Virus record (IMG/VR): IMGVR_UViG_3300043436_001089
From: a virus
Lineage: Duplodnaviria; Heunggongvirae; Uroviricota; Caudoviricetes
Reading direction: 5' to 3' (one strand)
DNA: 64,000 nt
Part shown: piece after piece, positions 18,171 to 28,153 of the stretch
Numbering within the stretch: position 1 is the stretch's first letter
Layout: every line of letters starts with the position of its first letter
The notes under the pieces: model-generated
Seen by the model: only the letters and a program-made list of their open reading frames with translations
Database searches by the model: none
Told to the model about the DNA's origin: nothing
Program-made: the position numbers and the translations under genes

Positions 18171-18983
18171 TTAATTTTTGGCTTTAGCTTGCTTGATACT
18201 ATCAATGATAGATGTATCAATGTTATCAGGTAAAAACGGTTTCAGCAATAGTATTTGGTCACCGTATGTAGTGTAGCCCATAATAGGCATGCCTTGCCCT
18301 GCGATTTTCATATGCATATGTGGTTGAGTGCCGGGAGGGATAGTAACTTCTAGTGTGGTTCCCGAAATAGTAGTGAACTCAATAGTAGTTCCCACAATCA
18401 AATCTAGCACAGATATAGGTTGATTACAATAAAGGTCGTTACCATTTCTGTCAAAACGTAGATGCTTTTGAATTCTAAACTCTACGATAAGAGTAGCACC
18501 GTCAAGTACATCATTAATACGAACTTGGGAACCGTCTTGTACACCTTTGGGTATATCTACTTTTACCATATTGTATCCAGTTGGTGACTGAATTTTTAGT
18601 AACTGTTCACCACCGCTGTACACTTGTTCCAATGATACTACAACACTGGTACGGTAAATTTGCGTAGCCCTGCGCTGTTGATTAGTTGATTGTTTGAAAA
18701 ACTCTGCGAACATATCATTGAAACCTCCACTAGTTCCGAATGAGAATCCGCCGGGGAATCCACCTGCACCAAAATCTTGAAAGTTAAAATTCTGAGAAGG
18801 ATTGTCATATTGACTCTTTTTCTCAGCATTACTCAAAATGTCGTATGCAGTTTGAATTTTTTGAAATGTAGCAGTATCACCACCCTTGTCTGGATGGTGT
18901 TGACTTGCTAATTTGCGATATGCTTTTTTTATGTCTTCAGATGTAGCATTTTTAGCTATACCTAATGTATTATAATGGTCCAT
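18171..18983 (-). CDS. dnaJ: DnaJ/CbpA-like class B J-domain protein
   Basis: HHPDKGG J-domain, G/F region, C-terminal domain; no zinc finger. Confidence 0.92.
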   Translation of the reverse strand: MDHYNTLGIAKNATSEDIKKAYRKLASQHHPDKGGDTATFQKIQTAYDILSNAEKKSQYDNPSQNFNFQDFGAGGFPGGFSFGTSGGFNDMFAEFFKQSTNQQRRATQIYRTSVVVSLEQVYSGGEQLLKIQSPTGYNMVKVDIPKGVQDGSQVRINDVLDGATLIVEFRIQKHLRFDRNGNDLYCNQPISVLDLIVGTTIEFTTISGTTLEVTIPPGTQPHMHMKIAGQGMPIMGYTTYGDQILLLKPFLPDNIDTSIIDSIKQAKAKN

Positions 18984-18988
18984 TCTCA

Positions 18989-19017
18989 ATTATAACACTC
19001 CTTAGAGTTAAGGTCAA
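18989..19017 (-). promoter_or_regulatory. sigma70 promoter for dnaJ-clpA
   Basis: TTGACC-17nt-TATAAT; ATG only 5 nt after the -10 box. Confidence 0.85.
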
Positions 19018-19018
19018 T

Positions 19019-19627
19019 TTATGATTTGCCCTCAATCTTTTCTTTTGTACGACCGTATGCGGCAATACCAAGAACTGCACCCATCGCAATGTGGTAAAGA
19101 CCAGCACCTTGCAACGTTAATGGTTGCCATTGCATCGTGACGCTACCTTTACTTAATGCTTGTAACAGAGACCATAGTATAGGAAATACTACAAAGTCCA
19201 TTGTACAAGTTAGCATATAGATCCAACCCATAACCGGGCGCCATTTTTTGTTGATCCAATCTGTATTGTCGTTAGCTACTAGTACGTCCGCTCCGCTGGC
19301 AGCATTTGTTGGTGCAGCTCCTGTGAGTACTGGTTGATTGCTGTTTGATTGATTTGTGTTTTGTGTACTTCCAAATCCTGAACTTGATTGTTGATTAAAG
19401 TTTGGGCTTGAGAACGATCCTGATGAACCAAACGAACCGGATGAACCGAAGCCTCCTGACGAAGGTGCGCCAAATGCTGGAGCCCCGCTAAATGATGTGT
19501 TTGTGCCATAACTGCTGCCTTGAGGGAATTGTTGTATTGTTGGGTCTGATGCCAATGCGTCATGATGTTCGTCATCTAGTGCCATCGGCTGTTCAAACCC
19601 AGCCTTTTTAGGTAATATAGTTGCCAT
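19019..19627 (-). CDS. Holin-like membrane protein (GTA 3TM-holin type) with S/G/F/Q/N low-complexity N-terminus
   Basis: WINKKWRPVMGWIY...DFVVFP and GAVLGIAAYGRTKEK motifs with hydrophobic helices; start refined to MATILP. Confidence 0.65.
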   Translation of the reverse strand: MATILPKKAGFEQPMALDDEHHDALASDPTIQQFPQGSSYGTNTSFSGAPAFGAPSSGGFGSSGSFGSSGSFSSPNFNQQSSSGFGSTQNTNQSNSNQPVLTGAAPTNAASGADVLVANDNTDWINKKWRPVMGWIYMLTCTMDFVVFPILWSLLQALSKGSVTMQWQPLTLQGAGLYHIAMGAVLGIAAYGRTKEKIEGKS

Positions 19628-19628
19628 T

Positions 19629-20186
19629 TTATAGTCCTGCCATTGCTTTAAATGCTTTGATTTCTTTGTCTTGTTCTTTGAAGATGTTCTTAGGTTGAAT
19701 GCCTGCACGTTCACGCATCTCATTCATTTTTTCTTCTGCTTCTTCAGTTTCTTCTTCTTCACGATATGCGTGTGGTGATATCACGATAACCTGTTTAAGT
19801 ATATTTTCGTCAGGTTCATATTCTTCGTCATTAACTTGTACGGTCCAGTCTTTCACTGGAATACTAGTAAGAGTTTCTAAGTCTGCTAACAATTCTAAAA
19901 TTCTTGCAGGTACTGTACTTCTACGATTCATTTCTACGAATACTATGTACTTGCCGGGTGCAATTTCACCCTCACCTAAACTAGAATCCAATACCCAATC
20001 ATAACCACGTTCAAACCAATCTACGATATCATTTCCAGCGGCTTCGCTATTCAGAATAAAAGCTAGTGTTACTATATCACTATCTTTACCCATCTTAGCC
20101 GCATACTCATCGACTGTTACTAAAGGTTTGACTTGACCAACCAAGTCTTGATAGTCTAGTCCTTCATTAATAATTTTTCTAGTCAT
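19629..20186 (-). CDS. Hypothetical protein
   Basis: ORF starting MTRKIINE. Confidence 0.55.
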   Translation of the reverse strand: MTRKIINEGLDYQDLVGQVKPLVTVDEYAAKMGKDSDIVTLAFILNSEAAGNDIVDWFERGYDWVLDSSLGEGEIAPGKYIVFVEMNRRSTVPARILELLADLETLTSIPVKDWTVQVNDEEYEPDENILKQVIVISPHAYREEEETEEAEEKMNEMRERAGIQPKNIFKEQDKEIKAFKAMAGL

Positions 20187-20187
20187 A

Positions 20188-20802
20188 TTATACTGCCGGT
20201 GGTTGTGCTGGTTGTTGCATTAGTGCGGGACCGCCCAATCCTGAATCAGGACTTGCTCCGCCTTCTTCACTATCATCTTGTGTACCTTCTTGGTCTAGAT
20301 CATCTCCGTATGCATCATCAATCTCTTGCAAGTCGATATCTTGATCCGCTAAATCAATAGATCCATCTTTAATTTCATTCATTAATTCAGTAGGAATAAC
20401 GATGTTGACAAACCAAATAGGTCTTTCTGTCATTTTCGGATAACGTGTACCCGGAACATAGTCATCGTAATTCTCAATTTCGACAGGAACTTTAATCTTA
20501 GATTTTGCAAAACTAACTTTGCATCCAATAGAAACTAAACGCTTTGCGCCTCTTGGATCAGGCATAAGCTTATACGGCCACATAAAAGTGCAGCCTACAG
20601 TGTATCGTTTTACATCAGGACCCTGGACTAATTCTCCGCTGATCCAATTACGAAATGCATAAAGGTCAGCTTCATCTAGAACTCGCTCAAAGTCCAATAA
20701 TGTATTCATTGACCCGTCGCTAGTGTAGATTCCTTTAATAGTATCTACTACGCTAACAAAGTCAATATCGTCAAAAAATTGGTCCGCGGTTTTATTCTTC
20801 AT
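20188..20802 (-). CDS. Hypothetical protein with acidic tail
   Basis: Late box TAAATA (20807-20812) 4 nt before ATG. Confidence 0.6.
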   Translation of the reverse strand: MKNKTADQFFDDIDFVSVVDTIKGIYTSDGSMNTLLDFERVLDEADLYAFRNWISGELVQGPDVKRYTVGCTFMWPYKLMPDPRGAKRLVSIGCKVSFAKSKIKVPVEIENYDDYVPGTRYPKMTERPIWFVNIVIPTELMNEIKDGSIDLADQDIDLQEIDDAYGDDLDQEGTQDDSEEGGASPDSGLGGPALMQQPAQPPAV

Positions 20803-20970
20803 GTTGTATTTATCTTTTATCCTATAATAGGACTAATAACATTTCCTGTTTACCTTAGCCTAATATTTATGCTAGGGAATTGTGTTAAAACACTACTATT
20901 GTAACGTGGTTGACCCCACTTAAATAAGAATGAACGTTCACATCGTTCACGCTCTACAAAGGAGAATCAC

Positions 20971-21768
20971 TTGAGCAAAAGAAAAACTAGCGCAGTTCGC
21001 ACTAATAATCAGGATACACGATACAGCACAGAGACAAAAAAGCACAACTCTCAATCAAAAACATTCTATATCAATGAATCTAAAACCATAGACTTCAATC
21101 AAGCAATTCCAACTAAAGCTAAAGCTAGAAAGCCAGTTGAGTTAATCCCCAAATCCATAAACCAAGAAAAATACATATTGTCACTATTAGATGACAACAC
21201 AGATATTGTTGTGGTTTCTGGGCCTGCAGGAACGGGCAAGACCTACTTAGCTATGCAAGCGGCAATTAAAGCAATGAAGTCACAGGAATGTGACAGAATC
21301 ATTTTGACACGTCCTGCAGTGGGTGTAGACGATGAGAAGCACGGGTTCTTACCAGGAGACCTTAATCAAAAAATGGAACCATGGACTAGACCTTTGTTAG
21401 ATGTACTTAGAGAGCATTACACAGCCGCGGAAATCACCCACATGCTAGAAGAACAAATAGTGGAAATAGCACCTCTAGCATTTTGTCGAGGACGAAATTT
21501 CAAACATAGCTGGATAGTGTTAGATGAGGCGCAAAACTGTACCCCAAGTCAATTAAAGATGATTATGACTAGAATAGGGATAGGCAGTAAGATAGTTATC
21601 ACAGGGGATATTGAGCAAACCGACAGAAAGACAGCCGATAACGGATTAATGGATTTGTTAGTCAGGCTAGATAAGGGGGCAATACCAGGACTACAATCTT
21701 GTAAGTTTGATACACGTGACATTCAACGACACAAGATTATTGAGCACGTTCTTAAATTGTACTCATAA
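20971..21768 (+). CDS. phoH: PhoH-family ATPase
   Basis: GPAGTGKT, LTRPAV, GFLPGD, RGRNF, DEAQN, GDIEQTD; TTG start with AAGGAG RBS. Confidence 0.96.
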   Translation: MSKRKTSAVRTNNQDTRYSTETKKHNSQSKTFYINESKTIDFNQAIPTKAKARKPVELIPKSINQEKYILSLLDDNTDIVVVSGPAGTGKTYLAMQAAIKAMKSQECDRIILTRPAVGVDDEKHGFLPGDLNQKMEPWTRPLLDVLREHYTAAEITHMLEEQIVEIAPLAFCRGRNFKHSWIVLDEAQNCTPSQLKMIMTRIGIGSKIVITGDIEQTDRKTADNGLMDLLVRLDKGAIPGLQSCKFDTRDIQRHKIIEHVLKLYS

Positions 21769-21793
21769 AAAGAGGGGCAATTGCCCCTCTTTT
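21768..21793. terminator. Bidirectional terminator
   Basis: Perfect palindrome AAAAGAGGGGC-AATT-GCCCCTCTTTT between convergent genes. Confidence 0.9.
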
Positions 21794-22058
21794 ATTTTGT
21801 TTGTAGCGTAATCTGCGCTTCTTTTTCTAATTGAGCTATTACGTTTGGATACACCTTGCTGTAGTAAGTGTGCATTCTATCCCAGTCAGTATCAACTACT
21901 TTACCTTCAATAACGCATTTCTCAACTTTCCTCTTAGCGTAATCCATAATCACGTTGCATGTTTGAATGTCTGAGGTGCGGATCTTCTTGGCAACAGTCA
22001 TCTGTTCATCAATCTGACCACCAGGTTTACGCATAAATGTAATCATCAAGTATCTCAT
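21792..22058 (-). CDS. Hypothetical protein
   Basis: ATGA-coupled to clamp loader. Confidence 0.6.
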   Translation of the reverse strand: MRYLMITFMRKPGGQIDEQMTVAKKIRTSDIQTCNVIMDYAKRKVEKCVIEGKVVDTDWDRMHTYYSKVYPNVIAQLEKEAQITLQTK

Positions 22059-22978
22059 GATGTTAGCTCCACTAATGTTGCTGCCAAACTAATCTCAGGG
22101 ATACCCACTAGTGGCAGATTTGCTAGACCATTACGAATAACGATAATACTTGCATCACGTTGTTCGTTAGAACTGCCCCACAAGTCTAAGTTATCATACA
22201 TCCAACGGTATGTGTCTTCAATACGTGTAGGATACAATGCGATATACTGCATCAACTGCTGACGACCGTCTAATATTTTACCTGACTTAAACAATGATGT
22301 GGCAGCTAATAACAATTCGTGTTCGCTAGACCCTTGTGTCTGTGGTTCTAGTAGCTTACCTGAGTTGCTATTCACTTGCAACTGATTCAAACACTTGCGC
22401 AAGTCAGGATATGTCGCACGAACATAGCTATCTAGTGTGTCTAATTCAAACTCAACACTCTCAGTAACCAATACTGTTGCCGCACGTGCAGTAAATTCAG
22501 TCATATCTGTTTTAGCGATATGAAACTCATGGCATCTGCTCTTAAGTGCAGGGATGATCTTGTGCTGATAGTTACAAGTTAAAATGTATCTAACTGTTTG
22601 ATGATATGCTTCCATATCATTACGCAATGCCGCTTGTGAAGGCTGTGTTAGATAATCAGCTTCGTCAAGCAAAACAACTTTGAATTTACCGAAAGGCATT
22701 GTTTGCACAAACCCGTTAATCTTTTCACGCAAGAAGTCAATGCCGTTTTCACGACTAGCGTTGATTTCTAGTACGTCATAATCTTCTACACCGAGTTCCT
22801 GAATCAGCACCTTAGCAAGTGTTGTCTTACCAGTACCGGGGTCTCCGCTCAATAACAAGTGAGGTATAGAGCCATCTTTGACCCAGTTAGTGACTTGTGA
22901 TTTTTGTCGTTCGTCAACAAAAACATACTCACTGATTTTTGTAGGGCGATACTTCTCTACCCATAATTGATTCTTCAT
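22055..22978 (-). CDS. gp44: Sliding-clamp loader AAA+ subunit (T4 gp44/RFC-like)
   Basis: WVEKYRP, GDPGTGKT, INAS, LLDEAD, LKSRC. Confidence 0.93.
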   Translation of the reverse strand: MKNQLWVEKYRPTKISEYVFVDERQKSQVTNWVKDGSIPHLLLSGDPGTGKTTLAKVLIQELGVEDYDVLEINASRENGIDFLREKINGFVQTMPFGKFKVVLLDEADYLTQPSQAALRNDMEAYHQTVRYILTCNYQHKIIPALKSRCHEFHIAKTDMTEFTARAATVLVTESVEFELDTLDSYVRATYPDLRKCLNQLQVNSNSGKLLEPQTQGSSEHELLLAATSLFKSGKILDGRQQLMQYIALYPTRIEDTYRWMYDNLDLWGSSNEQRDASIIVIRNGLANLPLVGIPEISLAATLVELTS

Positions 22979-23304
22979 CGCTTTAATGCTTCCATAGTAA
23001 TAATTTGTGAAACGTGCTTACCGAGTTCTTGTTCATCGTTAACGACATATAGACTAGTATCTACTCTGTCATTTCTAGAGTCATATTGTCTAAATTCTAT
23101 TGCCCAACCACCGTTTGCTTTGAACATTTTGAATGTAATTGGTTCTGAACTTAAATCATCACTTTCTCTGACTTTAGAGATTCGGTTAGACTTGCTGATC
23201 GGTCTCCCAATTAAATTGACTCCTGCGGGTTCTGCTTCCATATCCTGTGAACCATTGACCGCAGAAATCTTATTCCCCAACCATCTATAAAACCATGTTA
23301 TCAT
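22975..23304 (-). CDS. Hypothetical protein
   Basis: Operonic ORF. Confidence 0.55.
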   Translation of the reverse strand: MITWFYRWLGNKISAVNGSQDMEAEPAGVNLIGRPISKSNRISKVRESDDLSSEPITFKMFKANGGWAIEFRQYDSRNDRVDTSLYVVNDEQELGKHVSQIITMEALKR

Positions 23305-23681
23305 TAATATACCTGTGTGCTCATTGTTTCGTCATACATCGGCTCATCCGATACTAATAGTATATCATTAGGATCGACCTTACGCAACGTCTGTTTACCC
23401 TCTGGTGTTTCTACTGTGATACCACGTGTCCACCTACCGTGACTGATAAGGATATACTTACCAATCTCATACTGTGGGTCATTTTGATCTGGACCTAGAC
23501 CATAAATCTTTGCCCAACGTGGGCGAATACCTGCACTTTTCTTATCATCATTCACTAAGATGATGCCACCATTAGTGATGCGATCCTCAAAACTCATTTC
23601 AGACACAATAACGTGGTCACGAAAGAATTTAAGACCATCTACCTTCGTAGGGCTAAACGCTGGTTTGCTGTATTCGCTCAT
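23304..23681 (-). CDS. groES: Co-chaperonin GroES-like
   Basis: RDHVIV...TNGGIILV mobile loop, GLGP, GKYILI, DILLV. Confidence 0.8.
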   Translation of the reverse strand: MSEYSKPAFSPTKVDGLKFFRDHVIVSEMSFEDRITNGGIILVNDDKKSAGIRPRWAKIYGLGPDQNDPQYEIGKYILISHGRWTRGITVETPEGKQTLRKVDPNDILLVSDEPMYDETMSTQVY

Positions 23682-24046
23682 TTCTTTCCTTTTTTGGTTT
23701 CTGCGGCTTTAATTTTCTCAACTTCAATGTCATCGTCTATACTTTCTTCAAGTTCACGTTCAATTTCGTTGAGTTCGCTAAAGTCTACTTTAGGTGCAGG
23801 TGCAGGGACTGTCTGAGACACTGGTTGTTGCGCAGGTTTTCTAGGTTGGGCTGACCTATTGCCTACTGTTTTTGAATATTTTTCATTTACTTTTTGAGTG
23901 ACAGGTTTGACTACGTTGCCAAATGCGTCAATAGTATCACCTCGGGCATTTACACTCATATTTCCCACTGCTCTAACTCGCTCATTGCGTGTCTGCAATG
24001 CAGCCATATCTACTGTCTTACCTAATGCTGTTCTGTATGTTGCCAT
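23678..24046 (-). CDS. Hypothetical protein
   Basis: Operonic ORF. Confidence 0.55.
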   Translation of the reverse strand: MATYRTALGKTVDMAALQTRNERVRAVGNMSVNARGDTIDAFGNVVKPVTQKVNEKYSKTVGNRSAQPRKPAQQPVSQTVPAPAPKVDFSELNEIERELEESIDDDIEVEKIKAAETKKGKK

Positions 24047-24056
24047 GATTTTTTCC

Positions 24057-24563
24057 TTATTTTAAAAACTCGTCAATAGACAAGTCGTAATACAAACTAT
24101 TTATTCTGTGGACACCTATTAAAAACAATACAAAACTAGCAACACTAGAACCACGACCTACACCCCAAACGATGTTATTGTCACGCATAGTATCAACTAG
24201 ATATTTTAAGTATTTTAACAAGATGAACATATCCCTATCTTGGAATAATAATAGTTCTTCTCCTGCACGTTGAAGTTCAGATTCACTAGTACATTGCTCT
24301 AGTATCCACTTAGCAATATCCATGTCTTTGTATTCTTTAGGGAAAAGCCATTGTGATTGTCGTTGTTCATCAAACTCATCTAACGCAATGCCCAAATCAG
24401 TGTATACCTTTAAGTCAGGTATATTTTCAATAGACAAGAACCCACTAAATTCAACAGGTTCTTCCACAAACGCATTTTTTACCGTCCTCGTAGGATCTTG
24501 TAAAAAAATATGACAAAGGTCAGTTTCGTTTAGAATAAGTTGACCGTATATATCTGTTCTCAT
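24057..24563 (-). CDS. Short DNA polymerase III alpha (DnaE)-like fragment
   Basis: YLVDTMR..NIVWGVGRGSSVASFVLFLIG...YDL..EFL matches the DnaE palm; ends before PDIDxD. Confidence 0.8.
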   Translation of the reverse strand: MRTDIYGQLILNETDLCHIFLQDPTRTVKNAFVEEPVEFSGFLSIENIPDLKVYTDLGIALDEFDEQRQSQWLFPKEYKDMDIAKWILEQCTSESELQRAGEELLLFQDRDMFILLKYLKYLVDTMRDNNIVWGVGRGSSVASFVLFLIGVHRINSLYYDLSIDEFLK

Positions 24564-24569
24564 CGTGCA

Positions 24570-24598
24570 ATGATAACACAAACAGATATGATGTGCAA
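24570..24598 (-). promoter_or_regulatory. sigma70 promoter for DnaE-like fragment
   Basis: TTGCAC-17nt-TATCAT, 6 nt before ATG. Confidence 0.6.
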
Positions 24599-24607
24599 CC
24601 TATTTGG

Positions 24608-25210
24608 TTACTTGTCCTCGGTCATAAAGACTATTTCGGAAGATTTAGTATGCTTTTCTTGCCACATCAATGAGCACTCATTCCAATCATTTGCTTTGTT
24701 GACCAATTTCACAATCTTATCTTTTTTGTTCTGTGCTTTGTGTAAGTCTGCTATCGTAGTACCAGATTCATGCCACCAACCCATTTGTTCAAATGGACCA
24801 TATGCATCTTCATTGTCATACAAGAAGCTTACGCCATCACTTAATTTAGTAGTGATTCTGATATCTGTCACTTCTAGTCTTTTTTCAGTGATTGCATTCA
24901 ACTTAATCAACAGCAACATTGAAACAATCTGATCGTATGGTTCTTCAGGTAGTGTAGATACTTTCAAGTCTGCCGCAACATATTTCTCAATGACCTTCTT
25001 CTCGGTACTTTTTACAAATATACAGCTTTCTAGTGACTCAGCAAGAAAATAACTGATGCGATCCATAGCGATGTTTTGTTCCGGGATTGATTCTGTCATG
25101 ACTAACATAGACAGACCAACTGCATATGTGTTCATCAACATCCTCCCATCAAAATATACGCCGGCTTGGAATTCAAATTCTCGTTCTATTCTAGTGTTCA
25201 TATCAATCAT
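24608..25210 (-). CDS. Hypothetical protein
   Basis: Operonic ORF. Confidence 0.55.
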   Translation of the reverse strand: MIDMNTRIEREFEFQAGVYFDGRMLMNTYAVGLSMLVMTESIPEQNIAMDRISYFLAESLESCIFVKSTEKKVIEKYVAADLKVSTLPEEPYDQIVSMLLLIKLNAITEKRLEVTDIRITTKLSDGVSFLYDNEDAYGPFEQMGWWHESGTTIADLHKAQNKKDKIVKLVNKANDWNECSLMWQEKHTKSSEIVFMTEDK

Positions 25211-25430
25211 TTTTCTGAATGTTAATTTGTGCAGTCTGCTTTTTCATCAGATCATCCATTTTTTTACTATATTCGACCCTATAGCTGTCTAGAGCCATAT
25301 GCAGTTGATGGATTAGTGGTTGATTACCCATGCGATAAGCAAAGGTAAGTTTCTTGTTAAGACCAGAAATAGTCTCTTGTAAGTCTTCTAAAGACTTGTC
25401 AGATAGGTCGTTTATAAAAGGATGTGTCAT
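25203..25430 (-). CDS. Small coiled-coil hypothetical protein
   Basis: TATAAATA box 6 nt before ATG. Confidence 0.6.
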   Translation of the reverse strand: MTHPFINDLSDKSLEDLQETISGLNKKLTFAYRMGNQPLIHQLHMALDSYRVEYSKKMDDLMKKQTAQINIQKND

Positions 25431-25459
25431 CCTTCGTATTTATATGTAACGACAGTTAC

Positions 25460-28129
25460 TTAAAATAAAGTAAACCATTGGCCACTAGCACCACCTGTAG
25501 AACAGAAGAATTCCATTGAAGTTGTAGCATTTAATGTGTATGCCGCATTAGCTAAAGCTGGTTCGATAGCGGCCCCTGTGTTTGGATACACATTTAATAC
25601 GGTAGATGTACTATTTCTAACAATAATTCGCATACCTGCTTCTGCTACCGGTAACTTAACACCGGATCCTGCGGCCACAGTAGTAACGACATTTATACTC
25701 TTAGTTAGTTGCGTTGCGTCAGATTGAACTGTTCCGGTTGCAGATATACTGTTTGCGGCACTAACTATCACATAGTTATTAGTTGCTACATTTCCACCGG
25801 TAATATTACCTGTTGCTATTATCAATCCACCTGTACCAATATTGCCAATATTAGCATTACCGGTGACACTGATAGTAGCAGTAAATACTCCGGCAGTGGC
25901 TCCAATATTACCCACGTTAGCATTACCGGTAACACTTATCGTTGATAAGGTGCCAACTGAAGTAATATTTGGTTGGGCCGCTGTTGTTAAGCTACCAGCA
26001 ACAGTAGTAAATACTCCTGCTGTACCACCAATATTACCGACGTTAGCATTACCAGTAACAGATAAAGCGCCACCTGTTACCAAATTGCCACCAGAGATGT
26101 TTCCTATAGCAGTGATGCCACCGGGTGCTGACATTAGACTAGACACTGAGTTGAATGTAAAGCCGGCTGCTGCTCCAAATGAGCCGGCATTATTATATTG
26201 AATTTGTGAGTTTGAACCAGCAACTACACCGGTGCCTGACCCACCACCGGATACCCATGACAAGTTTCCTGTTCCGTCTGTAACCAAATAATAACCATTA
26301 AGGCCGCCTCCTATTCTAATACCAGTGACAGTTGGAATATTAGCAGTACCTGAAACACTTAAATTATTAGCAATTACATTTCCTGTGAAACTAGATGCTG
26401 TAAAAGTTCCACTAGTAATAAAATTACCTGCAGTAACATTACCTACAACTGACAATGATGTTACTGAGCTAATATTTGAAGCCTCTAAGTTACCTACAAC
26501 AAAATTACCATACGAATTAACAGTTACTACTTCGGAGGCAATAGTTACATCAGCGGCTGCAATTAATTTACCCTGAGAACTATCCCATCCAATAAAGGCA
26601 GATTTTTCAGAACCTGAATAATACCATAACTGTTCACCTCTATCTTTACTATCATTACTTACTAGCGCCGTATTATTAGGACCTCGTCCTAAACTTATAA
26701 TAGGATCTTCAATAGACAAAGAAGATACATTTTCATAAGTATACGTACCATTAACAGTAAGATTACCATTAATAACAGCATTCCCACCAATGGTAGCATT
26801 ACCTGATACTGCAATATCAGTTAATGCGGCTGTTGCAGTAGATACTAACAACGGTATCTGTTTCCATATAGTAGTCCCATTATAACTAGTGGCTTGACAT
26901 GTTGAAGTTGTGGCAACAGTAGCGTTGCTTAAATTTACTACAGAACCTGCAACTCCATTAAAAATTGTAAGACTAACTGTAATACTAGAATTTCCAGAAA
27001 CTATACTTTTAATATAATATATTGAAGATGTGTTTAGACCACCGATCGCATTACCGGTAAATCGAATAGGTGCGTTGGTAATCAATGAAGTAATATTATT
27101 CAATACAATTTCATTATTTGAACTATATGTTGATATTACTGTTTTTGGCCCAACAGTTACGGCGTCATATGTATCTGTACAAACATACATATAACTTATA
27201 GGACTCCCGTACATTGTACCTGATACTGTACTTAATGGAACAGTAGTTCCTGCCGGAAGATATGCTATAGTAAACGTGGTTCCAGAATCAATAGTTTTAA
27301 TATAATATGTTGCACCATCAACTATACCACCAAATACTGAGCCATTAAATGATATTGGCATATCAATATAAAATTCAGAAGTACTGTTGCATGTAATTAA
27401 ATTAGTACCAACACTGGTGTTGGTGCAAGTGACTTGTGATAATCCGGTACCCACACACACCGTGCCCACAACATCACCTTGTGCCCCGATCGGAGAAGGA
27501 ATACGTTGTTGAATTTGTGTTGTTTGTTGCGGTCTATTGTATGGTTCAATTGTAATAGTGTCTCCGCAATCAACTGAACTTAGATTGTAATCTAATTGTG
27601 TAACACCATATGGCACAGTCACTGTTGCAACGTTTCCAACGTTTGCATAGTTTTCTAACAATGTAGTTCCGTAGTTACTGTTAGATTGAATTACCTGCTC
27701 GGGGAATGAAATCACTGCGTTAGCATTGCTAACTGATAATTGCAGTTGAACATTACTCTGTGTTCCAGTAGGTGCCCAGCTACCAAAAGTAAATGATACG
27801 TTACCTGATACCGTGCCAATCTGCACATCACCCAACGACACATCAACTAACACAGTACCTGATAATGAGTTACCCAAGTTATATGTAGTGTGTCTAAATG
27901 ATCTAATTGCGGCATTGCTAATAAGTGTGTTAGCCATGTCATTGTTTAGTACAGAATTCTGTAGTGCAGACTTCAATACTACATTGGTTTGCAAGTCTGT
28001 AATCTCATTACTTGCAATATCTAAGTTAGTTTTTATAGTAGCGAAATTATCTCTGAACCCTTGAGAGTTGTTATTGACTCCGGGTACAGGGTAATTTACG
28101 TTTAATCCGTTTGTGTTAATTGTGCTCAT
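25460..28129 (-). CDS. Tail fibre / baseplate-associated protein
   Basis: Thr/Asn/Gly-rich beta repeats, QGFRDNF N-terminus, AQPNITSVG repeat; located in structural cluster. Confidence 0.7.
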   Translation of the reverse strand: MSTINTNGLNVNYPVPGVNNNSQGFRDNFATIKTNLDIASNEITDLQTNVVLKSALQNSVLNNDMANTLISNAAIRSFRHTTYNLGNSLSGTVLVDVSLGDVQIGTVSGNVSFTFGSWAPTGTQSNVQLQLSVSNANAVISFPEQVIQSNSNYGTTLLENYANVGNVATVTVPYGVTQLDYNLSSVDCGDTITIEPYNRPQQTTQIQQRIPSPIGAQGDVVGTVCVGTGLSQVTCTNTSVGTNLITCNSTSEFYIDMPISFNGSVFGGIVDGATYYIKTIDSGTTFTIAYLPAGTTVPLSTVSGTMYGSPISYMYVCTDTYDAVTVGPKTVISTYSSNNEIVLNNITSLITNAPIRFTGNAIGGLNTSSIYYIKSIVSGNSSITVSLTIFNGVAGSVVNLSNATVATTSTCQATSYNGTTIWKQIPLLVSTATAALTDIAVSGNATIGGNAVINGNLTVNGTYTYENVSSLSIEDPIISLGRGPNNTALVSNDSKDRGEQLWYYSGSEKSAFIGWDSSQGKLIAAADVTIASEVVTVNSYGNFVVGNLEASNISSVTSLSVVGNVTAGNFITSGTFTASSFTGNVIANNLSVSGTANIPTVTGIRIGGGLNGYYLVTDGTGNLSWVSGGGSGTGVVAGSNSQIQYNNAGSFGAAAGFTFNSVSSLMSAPGGITAIGNISGGNLVTGGALSVTGNANVGNIGGTAGVFTTVAGSLTTAAQPNITSVGTLSTISVTGNANVGNIGATAGVFTATISVTGNANIGNIGTGGLIIATGNITGGNVATNNYVIVSAANSISATGTVQSDATQLTKSINVVTTVAAGSGVKLPVAEAGMRIIVRNSTSTVLNVYPNTGAAIEPALANAAYTLNATTSMEFFCSTGGASGQWFTLF

Positions 28130-28153
28130 TTGCGTTTATTCCATTATCTATAT

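Noticed and set aside
15899-18220. Longest-ORF starts for clpA, pstS, dnaJ, holin and 58655-59089
   Set aside because: They overlap upstream genes or lack an RBS; downstream ATGs with RBS or promoter support were used instead
20880-20970. Pho box upstream of phoH
   Set aside because: The GTTCAC-atc-GTTCAC repeat has a 9-bp period and does not fit the 11-bp GTCA(T/C) consensus
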